From the NCBI GenBank assembly GCA_963803435.1, contig CAWDML010000003.1, positions 256,001-320,000 on the forward strand: a stretch of DNA of 64,000 nt, given 5' to 3'. Positions 38,444-50,098 of the stretch are shown here, one piece after another. The number at the start of each line of letters is the position of its first letter. Position 1 is the first letter of the stretch. The notes under the pieces are model-generated. The model did not search any database. It saw only the letters and a list, made by a program, of their open reading frames with translations, and was not told the DNA's origin. This stretch comes from an uncultured delta proteobacterium. Lineage in GTDB: Bacteria > Myxococcota > Kuafuiibacteriia > Kuafuiibacteriales > Kuafuiibacteriaceae. The translations under genes and the position numbers were made by a program.

Positions 38444-39385
38444 TCACTCGGGGAAGCGGACGCCGTGGAGCTTTCGCGTGGCCAGGATCGTCTGGAGCTC
38501 GACGATCCGACCGGCGGCGTCGAGCTCGAGCCGGAAGGCCATCCGGGTCGCCTCGCTGGGAAGGCCCGGCTCCATCACGGCCAGGACCGCGGGGAACCCG
38601 TTGAGCTGGCGCAGGTCGAACCAGAGGGGTGAGCCGCGGCGCGCGGCCAGGTTGCGGAAGAGCTTGAGCACCCTCCCGCGTCCCACCACGGTGATCTTGG
38701 CCGCCATGAACTCGCCGCCGCCGTCGGAGGTCGCGCGCACGTCGTCGGCGAGGAGGCGCTCGAGGCCCGCGACGTCGTCGCTCTGCAACAGCGTGAAGAA
38801 CCGGGTGAGCGCCTCGAAGTGCGCGAGCCGCTCGGCCTCGGTCGGTACGGAGCGGCGCCGGTCGTAGGACTCCATCTCCTTCTTCGCGCGGTGGAGCGTC
38901 GTCTTGATGTTGGCCTCGGAGAGATCGAGCGCGACGCTGGTCTCCTTGACGGAGTAGCCGAAGACCTCGCGGAGCAGGAGGACCGCTCGCTTGGTGGGGG
39001 TGAGCGCCTCGAGCGCGAGGAGGAACGCGAAGGAGACGCTCTCCATCAGGTCGTAGCGCGCCTCGGTGCTGGCGCCGTCGGACATGATCGCCTCGACCGA
39101 GGGTTGAGGCTCCGCGCCGGTCTCGAGCAGGCCCGGCAGCCAGGTCCCGTGGTAGCCCCGGCGCCGGCGGCGGCGGAGGAGATCGCGGCTGAGGTTGATC
39201 GCGACCTTCACCAGCCAGGGCGCGAGCGGCGCGTCGAGCCGGGCCGGGGGACGCTCGAGGGCGCGCGCGAACGTGTCCTGCACCAGATCGTCGGCGTCGG
39301 CGGCGCTCCCGGTCATGCGATAGCAGAGCGCCCAGATGGCCCGGTGGTGGGCCTGGTACGCCTCCCGATAGAGCTCCGTCGTCAT
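38444..39385 (-). CDS. ECF sigma factor, ECF41/SigJ type with SnoaL-like extension
   Basis: YRMTGSAADADDLVQDTF, RRGYHGTWLPGL, LEALTPTKRAVLLLREVFGY, SDGGGE. Confidence 0.9.
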   Translation of the reverse strand: MTTELYREAYQAHHRAIWALCYRMTGSAADADDLVQDTFARALERPPARLDAPLAPWLVKVAINLSRDLLRRRRRRGYHGTWLPGLLETGAEPQPSVEAIMSDGASTEARYDLMESVSFAFLLALEALTPTKRAVLLLREVFGYSVKETSVALDLSEANIKTTLHRAKKEMESYDRRRSVPTEAERLAHFEALTRFFTLLQSDDVAGLERLLADDVRATSDGGGEFMAAKITVVGRGRVLKLFRNLAARRGSPLWFDLRQLNGFPAVLAVMEPGLPSEATRMAFRLELDAAGRIVELQTILATRKLHGVRFPE

Positions 39386-40659
39386 GCGGCTTTGACCGAG
39401 ACGCGCGCCGCAATCGCGTGCGCCGCGCCACGGGCCGACGCGAGCGACGCGTCGGCGAGGAAGCCCGAGTCTCCCACCCAGTCGCCCGCGACGAACAGGC
39501 CGTCGACCTCTGGCACCGCCACCGGCGGCCGACGCTCGCCGGGAACGACCAGCGCGTGCGCGACGGTGATGCTCGGGAGGTGCTGCTTCTTCACCAGGTG
39601 GTCGCGCCAGCCCGGCTGGAGGCGGTCGAGGTGGGCCTCGAGCTCGGCCTCGTGGGCCTTCGCATCGTGCGCGTCCTCGGGTGTCAGGTAGAGCATCGCG
39701 CTCACCAGTGAGCCGCCCGCGGGCGCGACGTCCGCGCTGTCGGAGGCGACGGAGAAGTACGTCGGGCGATCGAGGCCGCACACGAACTTGACCTTGGGAT
39801 TGATCCGGCAGTCGAGGGCGACGTCGAGCACGGCCGCCTTGATCGGGACGGCCCGCGCGGCGAACGCGGCGAGGCTGTCCGAGCCGGATAGACGGGCGGC
39901 GATGTCCGGCCCGCCGGCGGCGATCAGGACGGCGCGGGCGGCGATCGTCTCGCCGCCGGCGATCAGGCCTGCGACGTGACCGTTCTCGGTGGAGATCGCC
40001 TCGACGCGCGCGCCGCGGACAATCTCGACACCGGCGGCGGTGGCCGCGGCTTCCAGGCCGTCGACGATCGAGCGCCAGCCTCCGTCGACGTAGGTCACGC
40101 CGTCGAACGCGGCGGTCTTGAGCTGGTCGGCCGCCACCGCCGCCGAGAGGCGATCCTGCGCGGCCGTATAGGTCGCCACGCGGGTGATCGCGGCGATCAC
40201 CCGGCGCGCGTGGAGGTCCTTGATCGTGGCGAGCCACTCGGTCGTCGATCGACCCTCGAGCGTCCGGGGGTCGAGCGCGAGGAGAGAGGTCATGACGCGG
40301 GCCAGCTCGACCTTTCCCCCCAGGTCGAGCGCGCCGGTGGTCAGGAGAGACACGAAGCCGCCCGGGAGCGCGTGGAGCTGCTCGCCATCGAGTGCGTACG
40401 AGCCTGCCGCGGAGACACGGTGCCCCGGGATCGGGATCGCCAGCTCTTGCAGGAACTGCTCGCCGGCCTTCTTGCGGTAGAGGGCGTGCGGGCCGACGTT
40501 GAAGGCGTAGCCCGCCTCGCGATCGGTGCGGGCGCGACCCCCGAGCCCGTCCGAGCGCTCGAACACCGCGCAGGTGGAGCCCAGGCGGGCCAGCTGGGTT
40601 GCGGCGGCCAGGCCCGCCAGCCCGCCCCCGATGATCGCTGTGTCGTAGGACCTTTTCAT
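39382..40659 (-). CDS. FAD-dependent oxidoreductase (phytoene dehydrogenase/amine oxidase-like)
   Basis: IIGGGLAGLAAA, LGGRART, FNVGPHALY, FVAGDWVG; overlaps the sigma factor start. Confidence 0.88.
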   Translation of the reverse strand: MKRSYDTAIIGGGLAGLAAATQLARLGSTCAVFERSDGLGGRARTDREAGYAFNVGPHALYRKKAGEQFLQELAIPIPGHRVSAAGSYALDGEQLHALPGGFVSLLTTGALDLGGKVELARVMTSLLALDPRTLEGRSTTEWLATIKDLHARRVIAAITRVATYTAAQDRLSAAVAADQLKTAAFDGVTYVDGGWRSIVDGLEAAATAAGVEIVRGARVEAISTENGHVAGLIAGGETIAARAVLIAAGGPDIAARLSGSDSLAAFAARAVPIKAAVLDVALDCRINPKVKFVCGLDRPTYFSVASDSADVAPAGGSLVSAMLYLTPEDAHDAKAHEAELEAHLDRLQPGWRDHLVKKQHLPSITVAHALVVPGERRPPVAVPEVDGLFVAGDWVGDSGFLADASLASARGAAHAIAARVSVKAA

Positions 40660-40735
40660 TCGAACCCTCCGACGGCTCCACGCCTCGGGGCGGCGAGAGG
40701 TTACGGCCCGCCGAAGAATCGTAAAAGTGCCGCGC

Positions 40736-41485
40736 TCACGGGAGCTTGAACGCCGTGGCATCGACGCTCTTGAGGGCCCGCGTCTCCTCGAAGGAGATGT
40801 GGTGGCCGCTCTTCTCGTCGACATGGTCGTGGGCCAGCACCAGCGGGCCGACCGGATGGTAATCCTCGAAGGTGACGCCCTCGATCTCCTTTTCACCCTC
40901 GAGCAGCATCTCCCAGCGGACGATCCGGTCGGCCTCGGTGTTGACGTACAGCCAGTAGGTGTCGCCCGGCGTGAGGCCGACGCGATCGAAGCTGATCTTG
41001 AGCACCTGGTGGGACTCGCCCTTCCACTCGCGAGGCGGGAGCACCTCGAGCTTGGTGCCCGGATCGAAGAGCTTGAGCGGTACCATGAACCAGTAGGTGT
41101 CGTTGATGAAGCGACCGTAGGCCTTCTCTGAGAGATCCTTCTGGGCGTCGCCCTCCGCGCGCGCGCCGTCGATCGTGCCCTCGGCGGTGCGCGCACCGGT
41201 GTCGAGCAGGGCGTCGTAGTGCTTGCCGTCCTTGGCGGTCCAGCTGACGCGGTCGCGGCCGTGGACCAGATCCCACTTGTGGTCGGCGGCGAAGAGCCGT
41301 CCGGTCTCGTTGCTGACGACGAAGCGGAAGTCGATCTCGGCGACCTCGTGGAGCTGATCAGCGCCGGCGGCGCGCCCGATCTCCGCGGCCAGGTCGTACG
41401 CGGGCCCGCGGATCATCGACGCGGGCTGGGACGACGGCGTCGGCGGCGGGCTCTTCTGAGCGGCACAACCGCCGCACAGCAGCAT
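40736..41485 (-). CDS. Hypothetical (lipo)protein
   Basis: LLCGGC N-terminus; FINDTYWFMVPLKL.DPG, VGLTPGDTYWLY. Confidence 0.7.
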   Translation of the reverse strand: MLLCGGCAAQKSPPPTPSSQPASMIRGPAYDLAAEIGRAAGADQLHEVAEIDFRFVVSNETGRLFAADHKWDLVHGRDRVSWTAKDGKHYDALLDTGARTAEGTIDGARAEGDAQKDLSEKAYGRFINDTYWFMVPLKLFDPGTKLEVLPPREWKGESHQVLKISFDRVGLTPGDTYWLYVNTEADRIVRWEMLLEGEKEIEGVTFEDYHPVGPLVLAHDHVDEKSGHHISFEETRALKSVDATAFKLP

Positions 41486-43716
41486 CACTTGAAGCGAAAG
41501 TTGTACTCGTCGATCGAACTGTACTGGTTCGGCCATCGCAGGCCGTGAGCCTGCTCGTAAGCGGCGTGGCGAGTCCAGTACGGATCGAACAGGTGGGCCC
41601 GCGCCAGCACGCAGAGATCGGCGCGCCCGGCCGCCAGAATGCTGTTGACGTCGGCGTAGGAGGTGATGTTGCCGACGGTCATCGTCGGGATCCCCGCCTC
41701 GAGACGGATGCGCTCTGCGAAGGGCGTCTGGAAGAGCCGGCCGTAGACGGGTCGCTGGTCGGGGACCGTTTGTCCCGCCGACACGTCGACGATGTCGCAA
41801 CCCGCGCGCGCGAACGCCCGGGCCAGCTCCACCGCGTCCTCGGCGGAGAGCCCGCCCGGGGCCCAATCGGTCGCCGAGATGCGGACGGACATCGGACGGT
41901 CCGGCGGGCCACACCGCACGCATGGCGTCGAACACCTCGAGCGGGAATCGCGGCGCGGTTCTCGAGCGGGCCGCCGTAGTCGTCGTTCCGCTGGTTCGTG
42001 AGCGGCGAGATGAAGCTGGCCAGGAGGTAGCCGTGGGCGGCGTGAAGCTCGAGGAGATCGAAGCCGGCCTCGATCGCCTGCTCTGTCGCGCGCACGAACT
42101 CGGCCTTCACACGGGCGATGTCGGCGCGGGTCATCTCGCGGGGGATCTGGCTGCTCGGGGAGGTAGGGGATCGGGGAGGCCGAGATCAGCGGCCAGTTCC
42201 CGTCGGCGAGGGGCCGGTCCGGCGCTTCCCATAGCCGCTGGGTCGAGCCCTTTCGTCCGGCGTGCCCGAGCTGAATCCCGATCTTGGCCGGGCTGTTCGC
42301 GTGGACGAAGTCCACCACGCGACGCCACGCCTCGGTGTGCTCGGGCAGGTACATGCCGGCGCATCCGGGCGAGATGCGACCCTCGCGGCTCACGTCGGTC
42401 ATCTCGGCCATGACCAGCCCGGCGCCGCCGATCGCGCGGCTCCCCAGGTGCACCAGGTGCCAGTCGCCGATCGTCCCGTCCTCGGCCGAGTACTGGCACA
42501 TCGGTGAGACGACGACCGGTTCTCGAGCCGCATCTCGCGCAGCTGGAACGGCGTGAACATCGGCGGGGCGGCTGCCGGCGCCCTGTTGCGAACTCGCCGT
42601 CGACGCGGCTCGACCAGCGCCGGATCGCGGACTCGCAGGTTGTCGTGGGTGACCCGCAGGGAGCGGGTGAGGAGGCTGAAGGTGAACTGCAGCGGGCTGA
42701 GGGCCAGGTAGCGCTCGGTGTTCTCGAACCACTCCAGGCTGACCTGAGCGGCGCGCTGGAGGCTGTCGACGGACGGGGCGCCGGTCGGCCTCGTAGCGCC
42801 GCAGCGCGACCTGCACATCCTGATCGTCTCTCGAGCGCTCGACCGAGCGCGATCGCGTCCTCCATGGCGAGCTTGGTTCCGGAGCCGATGGAGAAGTGCG
42901 CGGTGTGGACCGCGTCTCCGACCAGCACCAGGTTCCGATGGTGCCAGCGCGCAGTCTTGACCGTGGGGAAGCGGCGCCAGATGCGATCGGTTCTTCAGGA
43001 GGCGGTGGCCGGCGAGCTCGTTTCTCGAAGAGCCGCTCGCAGTAGGCGATGGTCGCGTCCTCGTCCTCGGCCGCCAGCCCGGAGCGCGCGAAGGTCTCGG
43101 CCGTGCATTCGACGATGAACGTCGACATCCCCTCCTCGTAGCGGTACGCGTGCACGCGCCAGAGCCCGGCGTCGTCCTCCTCGAAGTAGAAGGTGAAGGC
43201 CTCGAACGGGAACGTGGTGCCGAGCCAGACGAAGCGGTTGGGCCGCAGGTCGACGGTCGGCCCCAGCTCGGCCGTGAAGGCGTCGCGGATGGCGGAGTTG
43301 GCGCCGTCGGCGCCGAGGACCAGGTCGTGCTCGCGCATGAGCGCTCGGAAGTCGCGGACCTCCGTCTCGAAGCGGAGGTCGACGCCAACCTCTGCTGCGC
43401 GGGCGGACAGAATCTGGAGTAGCCGCATCCGCGACATGCCCGAGAAGCCGTGCCCCGTGGAGCGCACAATCTCGCCCTTGAAGTGCGTGTCGATGTCATC
43501 CCAGTGGGCGAGGCTCTTCCGGATGTCCCGGTCGCTCTCCGGATCTGCGGCTTCGAGGTTCTCCATGGTGGCGTCGGAGAACACGACGCCGAATCCGAAG
43601 GTGTCGTTCATCCGGTTGCGCTCGAAGACGACGACGGCGTCGCGCGGGTGACGCTTCTTCCAGAGGAGGGCGAAGTAGAGACCGGCGGGCCCACCACCCA
43701 CGACCGCGATCTTCAC
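41485..43716 (-). CDS. Bifunctional salicylyl-/2-aminobenzoyl-CoA monooxygenase + OYE-type reductase; several frameshifts
   Basis: [39 protein letters not shown] (other frame), [16 protein letters not shown] (other frame), [13 protein letters not shown]. Confidence 0.85.
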   Translation of the reverse strand: MKIAVVGGGPAGLYFALLWKKRHPRDAVVVFERNRMNDTFGFGVVFSDATMENLEAADPESDRDIRKSLAHWDDIDTHFKGEIVRSTGHGFSGMSRMRLLQILSARAAEVGVDLRFETEVRDFRALMREHDLVLGADGANSAIRDAFTAELGPTVDLRPNRFVWLGTTFPFEAFTFYFEEDDAGLWRVHAYRYEEGMSTFIVECTAETFARSGLAAEDEDATIAYCERLFEKRARRPPPPEEPIASGAASPRSRLRAGTIGTWCWSETRSTPRTSPSAPEPSSPWRTRSRSVERSRDDQDVQVALRRYEADRRPVRRQPPARRSGQPGVVREHRALPGPQPAAVHLQPPHPLPAGHPRQPASPRSGAGRAASTASSQQGAGSRPADVHAVPAARDAAREPVVVSPMCQYSAEDGTIGDWHLVHLGSRAIGGAGLVMAEMTDVSREGRISPGCAGMYLPEHTEAWRRVVDFVHANSPAKIGIQLGHAGRKGSTQRLWEAPDRPLADGNWPLISASPIPYLPEQPDPPRDDPRRHRPCEGRVRARDRAGDRGRLRSPRASRRPRLPPGQLHLAAHEPAERRLRRPAREPRRDSRSRCSTPCVRCGPPDRPMSVRISATDWAPGGLSAEDAVELARAFARAGCDIVDVSAGQTVPDQRPVYGRLFQTPFAERIRLEAGIPTMTVGNITSYADVNSILAAGRADLCVLARAHLFDPYWTRHAAYEQAHGLRWPNQYSSIDEYNFRFK

Positions 43717-43767
43717 GGAGCAGGCTTAGCACCAATCAGCGAGCCATGCGACTGCAGGCGACTCCTG

Positions 43768-44184
43768 CTACGAGCTCAGGCCGTATCGCTCCGCCGGCTT
43801 CTTCGTCTCCTCGCGCCAGCCGCGGAGGCGGTACTGGATCTTCCGGACGCTCATCCCCAGCATCTTCGCCGCGCGGCTGGTGCTTCCTCCGACCGCCTTC
43901 AGCGTCTCCAGGATCGCGTAGCGCTCGAGGTCCTGGATGGTCGAGCCGGGGATCCGGATCCCGGTCTTCGGCATGGCGATGATCCGGCTGCCCAGCGACT
44001 CGGCCGCCGTCACTAGCGGCTCGCGGTCCGCCCCGACCAGCGCGGGATCGACGATGATGAGGTCGGGGGACCAGGTCGCGACGAGCTCGAGGGCCTCGTC
44101 GCCGTTGGCGGCGCGGCGAACCTCGGCCTGATCGGCGCCGGCGGCGACCCACTCTTCGAAGGGGCCAACGATTAGAATTCTCAT
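43768..44184 (-). CDS. Degenerate receiver domain + Fis-type HTH
   Basis: MRILIV..AANGDEALEL..PDLIIVD; LERYAILETLKAVGGSTSRAAKMLGMSVRKIQYRL. Confidence 0.75.
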   Translation of the reverse strand: MRILIVGPFEEWVAAGADQAEVRRAANGDEALELVATWSPDLIIVDPALVGADREPLVTAAESLGSRIIAMPKTGIRIPGSTIQDLERYAILETLKAVGGSTSRAAKMLGMSVRKIQYRLRGWREETKKPAERYGLSS

Positions 44185-44281
44185 GCCGGGACAACACGTC
44201 GAGGGACGCCGTCCTTCCTGCCCCGGTTCCGTGCCGGCGGTCTCCAAACCCCGAGAAGCCAGGTTATGCTGATCCAGATAG

Positions 44282-45398
44282 ATGCGGTGGCTCCCGTTTC
44301 TCGTGTTCTTCTCGGTGGTCCTCGGCATCGATGTTTCGGCTCACTGGTACATCTACCAGCGACTCTGCGCGGATCCGGGGTGGCCGCCCGAGGTGCGTAC
44401 GGTCGGCGCTTTGGTGCTCGGGGTGCTCGCGCTGCTGCTCCCTGCGGGGCTGCTCGCGTCTCGCACGCTCCCGCGGCGGCTGGCGCGGCCCCTCGCCTAC
44501 CTCGTGTACGTGTGGATGGGATCGGCGTTCTACTTCGTGGTGATCCTCTTCTCCCTCGACGTAGCGCGGCTCCTCCTCTCGTGGATGGTGGACGGCTGGG
44601 ATCACCTGGCCGCGGCCCGCACCGGGGCGCTGGTCGCGTCCGCCGGGACGACCGCGCTCACGATCTCGGCGCTCACCTCGGCGCTCTCGGAGATCGAGGT
44701 CCGGGAGGTCGAGGTCGGCCTCGAGCGGCTCCCGCGGGCGCTCGAGGGCATGACCCTCGTCCAGCTCTCCGATGTGCACGTGGGCCCGACGATCGGTGCG
44801 CGTTTCGTCCGCTCGATCGTGGACAAGACGAACGCGCTGGCGCCCGACGCCATCGTGATCACGGGGGATCTGGTGGACGGATCGCTCCGTGAGCTGCGTG
44901 AGCACGTGCAGCCGATCGCAGGGCTGGCGGCCCGCTTCGGCGTCTACTTCGTCACCGGCAACCACGACTTCTACTCCGGGGCGCAGCCATGGATCGAGGA
45001 GCTGAGGCGGCTCGGGATCCGCGTGTTGATGAACGAGCGGGTGGCGCTCGGCGATCAGGCCTCGATCGATCTGGCCGGCGTGCACGACATCTCCTCCGGC
45101 ATCAGCGACGTCGAGCGTGCCTGCGCCGGACGCGATCCCGAGCGGGAGCTGGTACTGCTCGCGCATCAGCCCCGGTCGATCATCGAGGCGGCGCCCCATC
45201 GGCCCGGGCTGGTGCTCTCGGGTCACACGCACGGCGGACAGCTGTGGCCGTTCGGAAAGCTGGTCGGGCTGCAGCAGCCGTATGTCGCCGGGCTCCACCA
45301 GCACGACGAGCACAGTCAGATCTACGTCAGCCGCGGCACCGGATACTGGGGACCGCCGATGCGGTTGGGCGCCCCCGCGGAGATCACGCGGCTGGTGC

Positions 45399-45412
<14 letters not shown>
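44282..45412 (+). CDS. Membrane-anchored metallophosphoesterase (YkuE/YaeI-like)
   Basis: SDVHVG, TGDLVD, TGNHD, AHQP, SGHTHGGQ; N-terminal TMs. Confidence 0.92.
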
Positions 45413-46853
<1,441 letters not shown>

Positions 46854-46874
46854 GGCGTGGGGACTACCACGGTC

Positions 46875-47909
46875 TCAACGTGGGACGTAGCCCCTGCCTT
46901 CGGGGAGGACCAGGAACTCGCCGTCCCGAAGGCCGGCCTCGACGACCGCCTTCGAGAGCTCCTGGACCGGCTCGGTGAAGCCGTCGTCGGCCTGTGCGAA
47001 CGTTCCGAAGTGGATGGCGATGCTCGTCCGGGCGTGGAGCTCGCGGTGGGCCTTCACGGCCTGCGCCGGGTCCATGTGGATGGGGTGCATGAACCACCGC
47101 GGTCGATAAGCGCCGATAGGGAGGAGGGCCAGCCGGAGGGGGCCGAGGCGCCGCCCGATCGCCGCGAAGTGTGGGCCGTAGCCCGTGTCGCCCGCGAAGA
47201 GCACGCGCCCGGAGGGGCCGCTCAGCACGAAGCCGGTCCAGAGCATGGTGTTGCGGTCGAACAGCCCGCGCCCGGAGAAGTGCTGCATCGGCACGGCGGT
47301 GAGCCGGACGCCGGGCGCGACGGAGGCCGCGCTCCACCAGTCGAAGTCGCGGGCGTGGTCGATGCCGTTCGCGCGGAGGAAGTTCGCCGTGCCGAGGCCT
47401 GCGGCGATCTTGGCGTGGAAGCGCTCGGCCAGCCGGTGCAGCGTCGAGAGGTCGCAGTGATCGTAGTGGTTGTGGCTGATCAGGATCAGATCGATCGGCG
47501 GTAGATCCTCGAACCGGACCCCGGGTGGTCGGACGCGCTCGACTCCGGGCAGCCCGGCCGGACCGACGCTCTCGGACCAGACCGGATCCGTGAGCACGTT
47601 GAGGCCGTCCATCTGGATCAGCACGGTGGCGTGGTTGATGAAAGTGACACGGAGCCGGCCCCGCCCCACGCGCTCGGGGGGCTTGGGGCCCGGCTGGACG
47701 TCGAGGTGGTCCGGCCACTCACCGCGCTCGCGGGTGAAGAGCCACTTCACCAGCGAGAAGAAGCCGCGCGAATCGTCGGGGGTCAGGCGGGGGTTGAAGA
47801 ACGCCTCGCCGTCGAAGTGATCCGTGCGCGGGCCGCGATACGGGCGCGTCGAGTACAGCGAGCAGCCGCCGAGGACCACCAGGGCGAGCGCGAGCGAAGC
47901 CTGCGTCAC
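46875..47909 (-). CDS. MBL-fold hydrolase (NAPE-PLD/RomA-like), lipoprotein-like N-terminus
   Basis: LTDPVWS, SHNHYDHCD, FAGDTGYG, LPIGAY, HFGTF. Confidence 0.9.
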   Translation of the reverse strand: MTQASLALALVVLGGCSLYSTRPYRGPRTDHFDGEAFFNPRLTPDDSRGFFSLVKWLFTRERGEWPDHLDVQPGPKPPERVGRGRLRVTFINHATVLIQMDGLNVLTDPVWSESVGPAGLPGVERVRPPGVRFEDLPPIDLILISHNHYDHCDLSTLHRLAERFHAKIAAGLGTANFLRANGIDHARDFDWWSAASVAPGVRLTAVPMQHFSGRGLFDRNTMLWTGFVLSGPSGRVLFAGDTGYGPHFAAIGRRLGPLRLALLPIGAYRPRWFMHPIHMDPAQAVKAHRELHARTSIAIHFGTFAQADDGFTEPVQELSKAVVEAGLRDGEFLVLPEGRGYVPR

Positions 47910-50032
47910 GGGGAGGTCTGGGCGATCGGGAGGCGGATCGTGAAGGTGGTGCCGCGGCCGACCTCGCTCTCTACCGCGATGTCGCCGTTGTGGTCGTTGA
48001 TGATGCGATAGCAGATCGAGAGCCCGAGCCCCGTTCCCACGCCGACGCCCTTGGTGGTGAAACCGGGATCGAAAATCCGCGGCAGGACCTCGGACGGGAT
48101 GCCGCTGCCGTTGTCGGAGATGCGGACCACCGCGTGAGTGTCCTCGGCCCGGGTCTGGACCGTGATCTTGCCCTGGGCCTCGATCGCGTGGGTCGCGTTG
48201 ACGAGCAGGTTGAGGAAGACCTGGTTGAGCTGGCCGGGGTAGCACGAGATCTTGGGGAGCACCCCGAAGTCCTTCTCCAGCTCGATCCCCTTCTTGAGCT
48301 CGTGCTGCAGGAGCACCAGCGTGTCCTCGATGCCGGCGTGGATGTCCGTGAGCTGGAGGTCGGCCTCGTCGAGGCGCGCGAAGGTCTTCAGCCGCTTGAC
48401 GATGCCGGTGACGCGCATGCTGCCCGACTCGATCACGCGCAAGCCATCCTGCAGCACCGCCATCGAGCGCTTGACGGCGGGTTCGTGGAGGATCTCGGGG
48501 TGGTTCTTCTCCAGGTCGCCGCGCATGCGCTCAACGGCCTTGGCCAGCGAGTCCCGCATGCTGTGGATCGCGCCGACGGGCGTGTTGATCTCGTGGGCGA
48601 CGCCGGCGACCAGCTGTCCCAGCGAGGCCATCTTCTCGGACTGCACCAGCTTGGCCTGGGCGTGCTTGAGGTCCTCGTGCGCCGCCTGCAACTCCGCGAG
48701 CACCGCCTCGCGCTTCTTGCCGGCCTCCAGCTCGATCTCCTTGCGCACGTTCTCGGCCTCGAGGCGCTCGCGCTCGAGCAGCTCCTCCTTCGAGCGCCGC
48801 TCCTGGACGAGCGTGAGCGTGGACAGCTCTCTGACCTGATTGAGCTGGTCCCGCAGGCGCTGGTTCATGCGGGCGATGCGGCGCGCCAGGTAGATCGACA
48901 TGGAGAGGAGCAACGCCAGGAAGCCGTACAGGTAGACGGCGTTCGGGCGCCGGCCGCCTTCTTCCTTGAGGATCAGCGGGAGCATCTGGGCGAGACCGGC
49001 CGCGATCGAGAGCGCGCCCCCCACCACGATGATCCAGGCGTCCTCCTTCTTGTCGAGCATCGCCTTGAACAGCACCCGAGCGGGCTCGAGGAACGTCAGC
49101 GAAGCGAAGATGTAGACGACGCGGAAGGAGAGCCAGTAGGAACCCACCGCCATCAGCGCGCCCAGACCCGCCACCAGCCAGAAGTAACGCGGGAGGCGCC
49201 GCATGAAGACCTGGTAGTAGAAGGAGAGCGAGAACACGACCGTGCAGATCAGCGAGATCTTGAACAGCGTGGTCATCATTCGCGCCTTCTCCATCTCTTC
49301 CACGAAGGACCACTGGCGGGAGAAGGTGGCGATGCCTGTGACGCTCAGGGTGGCCAGCGCGAAGTACAGGTTCTCGGGCCGGCGGCGGGTGAAGAGGAAG
49401 ATCAGGAGGTGGAGCGTGGCCAGCACCAGGGCTGCGCCGGTGAAGAACTCGTGGAGCCCGTGGAACTCGAGCTCGCGCCGCGAGCGAAACTCGATCGAGC
49501 GCTCGGGTTCGCCGATCTCGAGGTCGGTTCCGCGAAAGAAGCCGACCTGCTGCGCGTAGCCCAACGATTCAGTCGCGTAGCGGAGGGCGAGCAGGTGCGA
49601 GCCCGGCTCGGCGATGGAGAAGATGATCGGGACGCGCGCGTCCATGACCAGCGGCTCCGGCGGTACCGCGTGCCCGTCCTCGATCAAACCCCGGCGGTAG
49701 ATCGCGCGGCCGTCGAGGTAGATCTCGGTGGCGCCGTGGATTGAGGCCCACAGCGCCAGCGGCCGGCGGGTGAGCTCGGGGGCCACGTCGATCCGCGTGC
49801 GGAACCAGGCGGCGCCGATCCATTCGCCGGGGAAGCGGTCGTCGGGGGCGAGAAACGGCGAGACCTCCATCCAGTCCGAGTCGTCGGTGCCCGGCTCGGC
49901 CCACGCCGGGTCGTCCCCTGGATGGTAATGCCACGGGAAGTCGAGGGATACGGTCCCCTCCGGGCCCGCGATCGCCGCCTCGTCGAGGTGGAACGCCGGC
50001 AGGGCCCCCAGGACGACGAGAAGCCACTGCAT
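47906..50032 (-). CDS. Sensor histidine kinase with extracellular jelly-roll domain and 7TM (7TMR-DISM-like) region
   Basis: WHYHPGDDPAWA..WFR; multiple TMs; QSEKMASLGQLVAGVAHEINTP, NLLVNA, DNGSG, GTGLGL. Confidence 0.9.
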   Translation of the reverse strand: MQWLLVVLGALPAFHLDEAAIAGPEGTVSLDFPWHYHPGDDPAWAEPGTDDSDWMEVSPFLAPDDRFPGEWIGAAWFRTRIDVAPELTRRPLALWASIHGATEIYLDGRAIYRRGLIEDGHAVPPEPLVMDARVPIIFSIAEPGSHLLALRYATESLGYAQQVGFFRGTDLEIGEPERSIEFRSRRELEFHGLHEFFTGAALVLATLHLLIFLFTRRRPENLYFALATLSVTGIATFSRQWSFVEEMEKARMMTTLFKISLICTVVFSLSFYYQVFMRRLPRYFWLVAGLGALMAVGSYWLSFRVVYIFASLTFLEPARVLFKAMLDKKEDAWIIVVGGALSIAAGLAQMLPLILKEEGGRRPNAVYLYGFLALLLSMSIYLARRIARMNQRLRDQLNQVRELSTLTLVQERRSKEELLERERLEAENVRKEIELEAGKKREAVLAELQAAHEDLKHAQAKLVQSEKMASLGQLVAGVAHEINTPVGAIHSMRDSLAKAVERMRGDLEKNHPEILHEPAVKRSMAVLQDGLRVIESGSMRVTGIVKRLKTFARLDEADLQLTDIHAGIEDTLVLLQHELKKGIELEKDFGVLPKISCYPGQLNQVFLNLLVNATHAIEAQGKITVQTRAEDTHAVVRISDNGSGIPSEVLPRIFDPGFTTKGVGVGTGLGLSICYRIINDHNGDIAVESEVGRGTTFTIRLPIAQTSP

Positions 50033-50098
50033 CGCTCCGTTCTAGGTCGGACGTCGCCCGGTGGCAACGCGTGCGCTCTCGCGGGAGGAGCCCGTATC

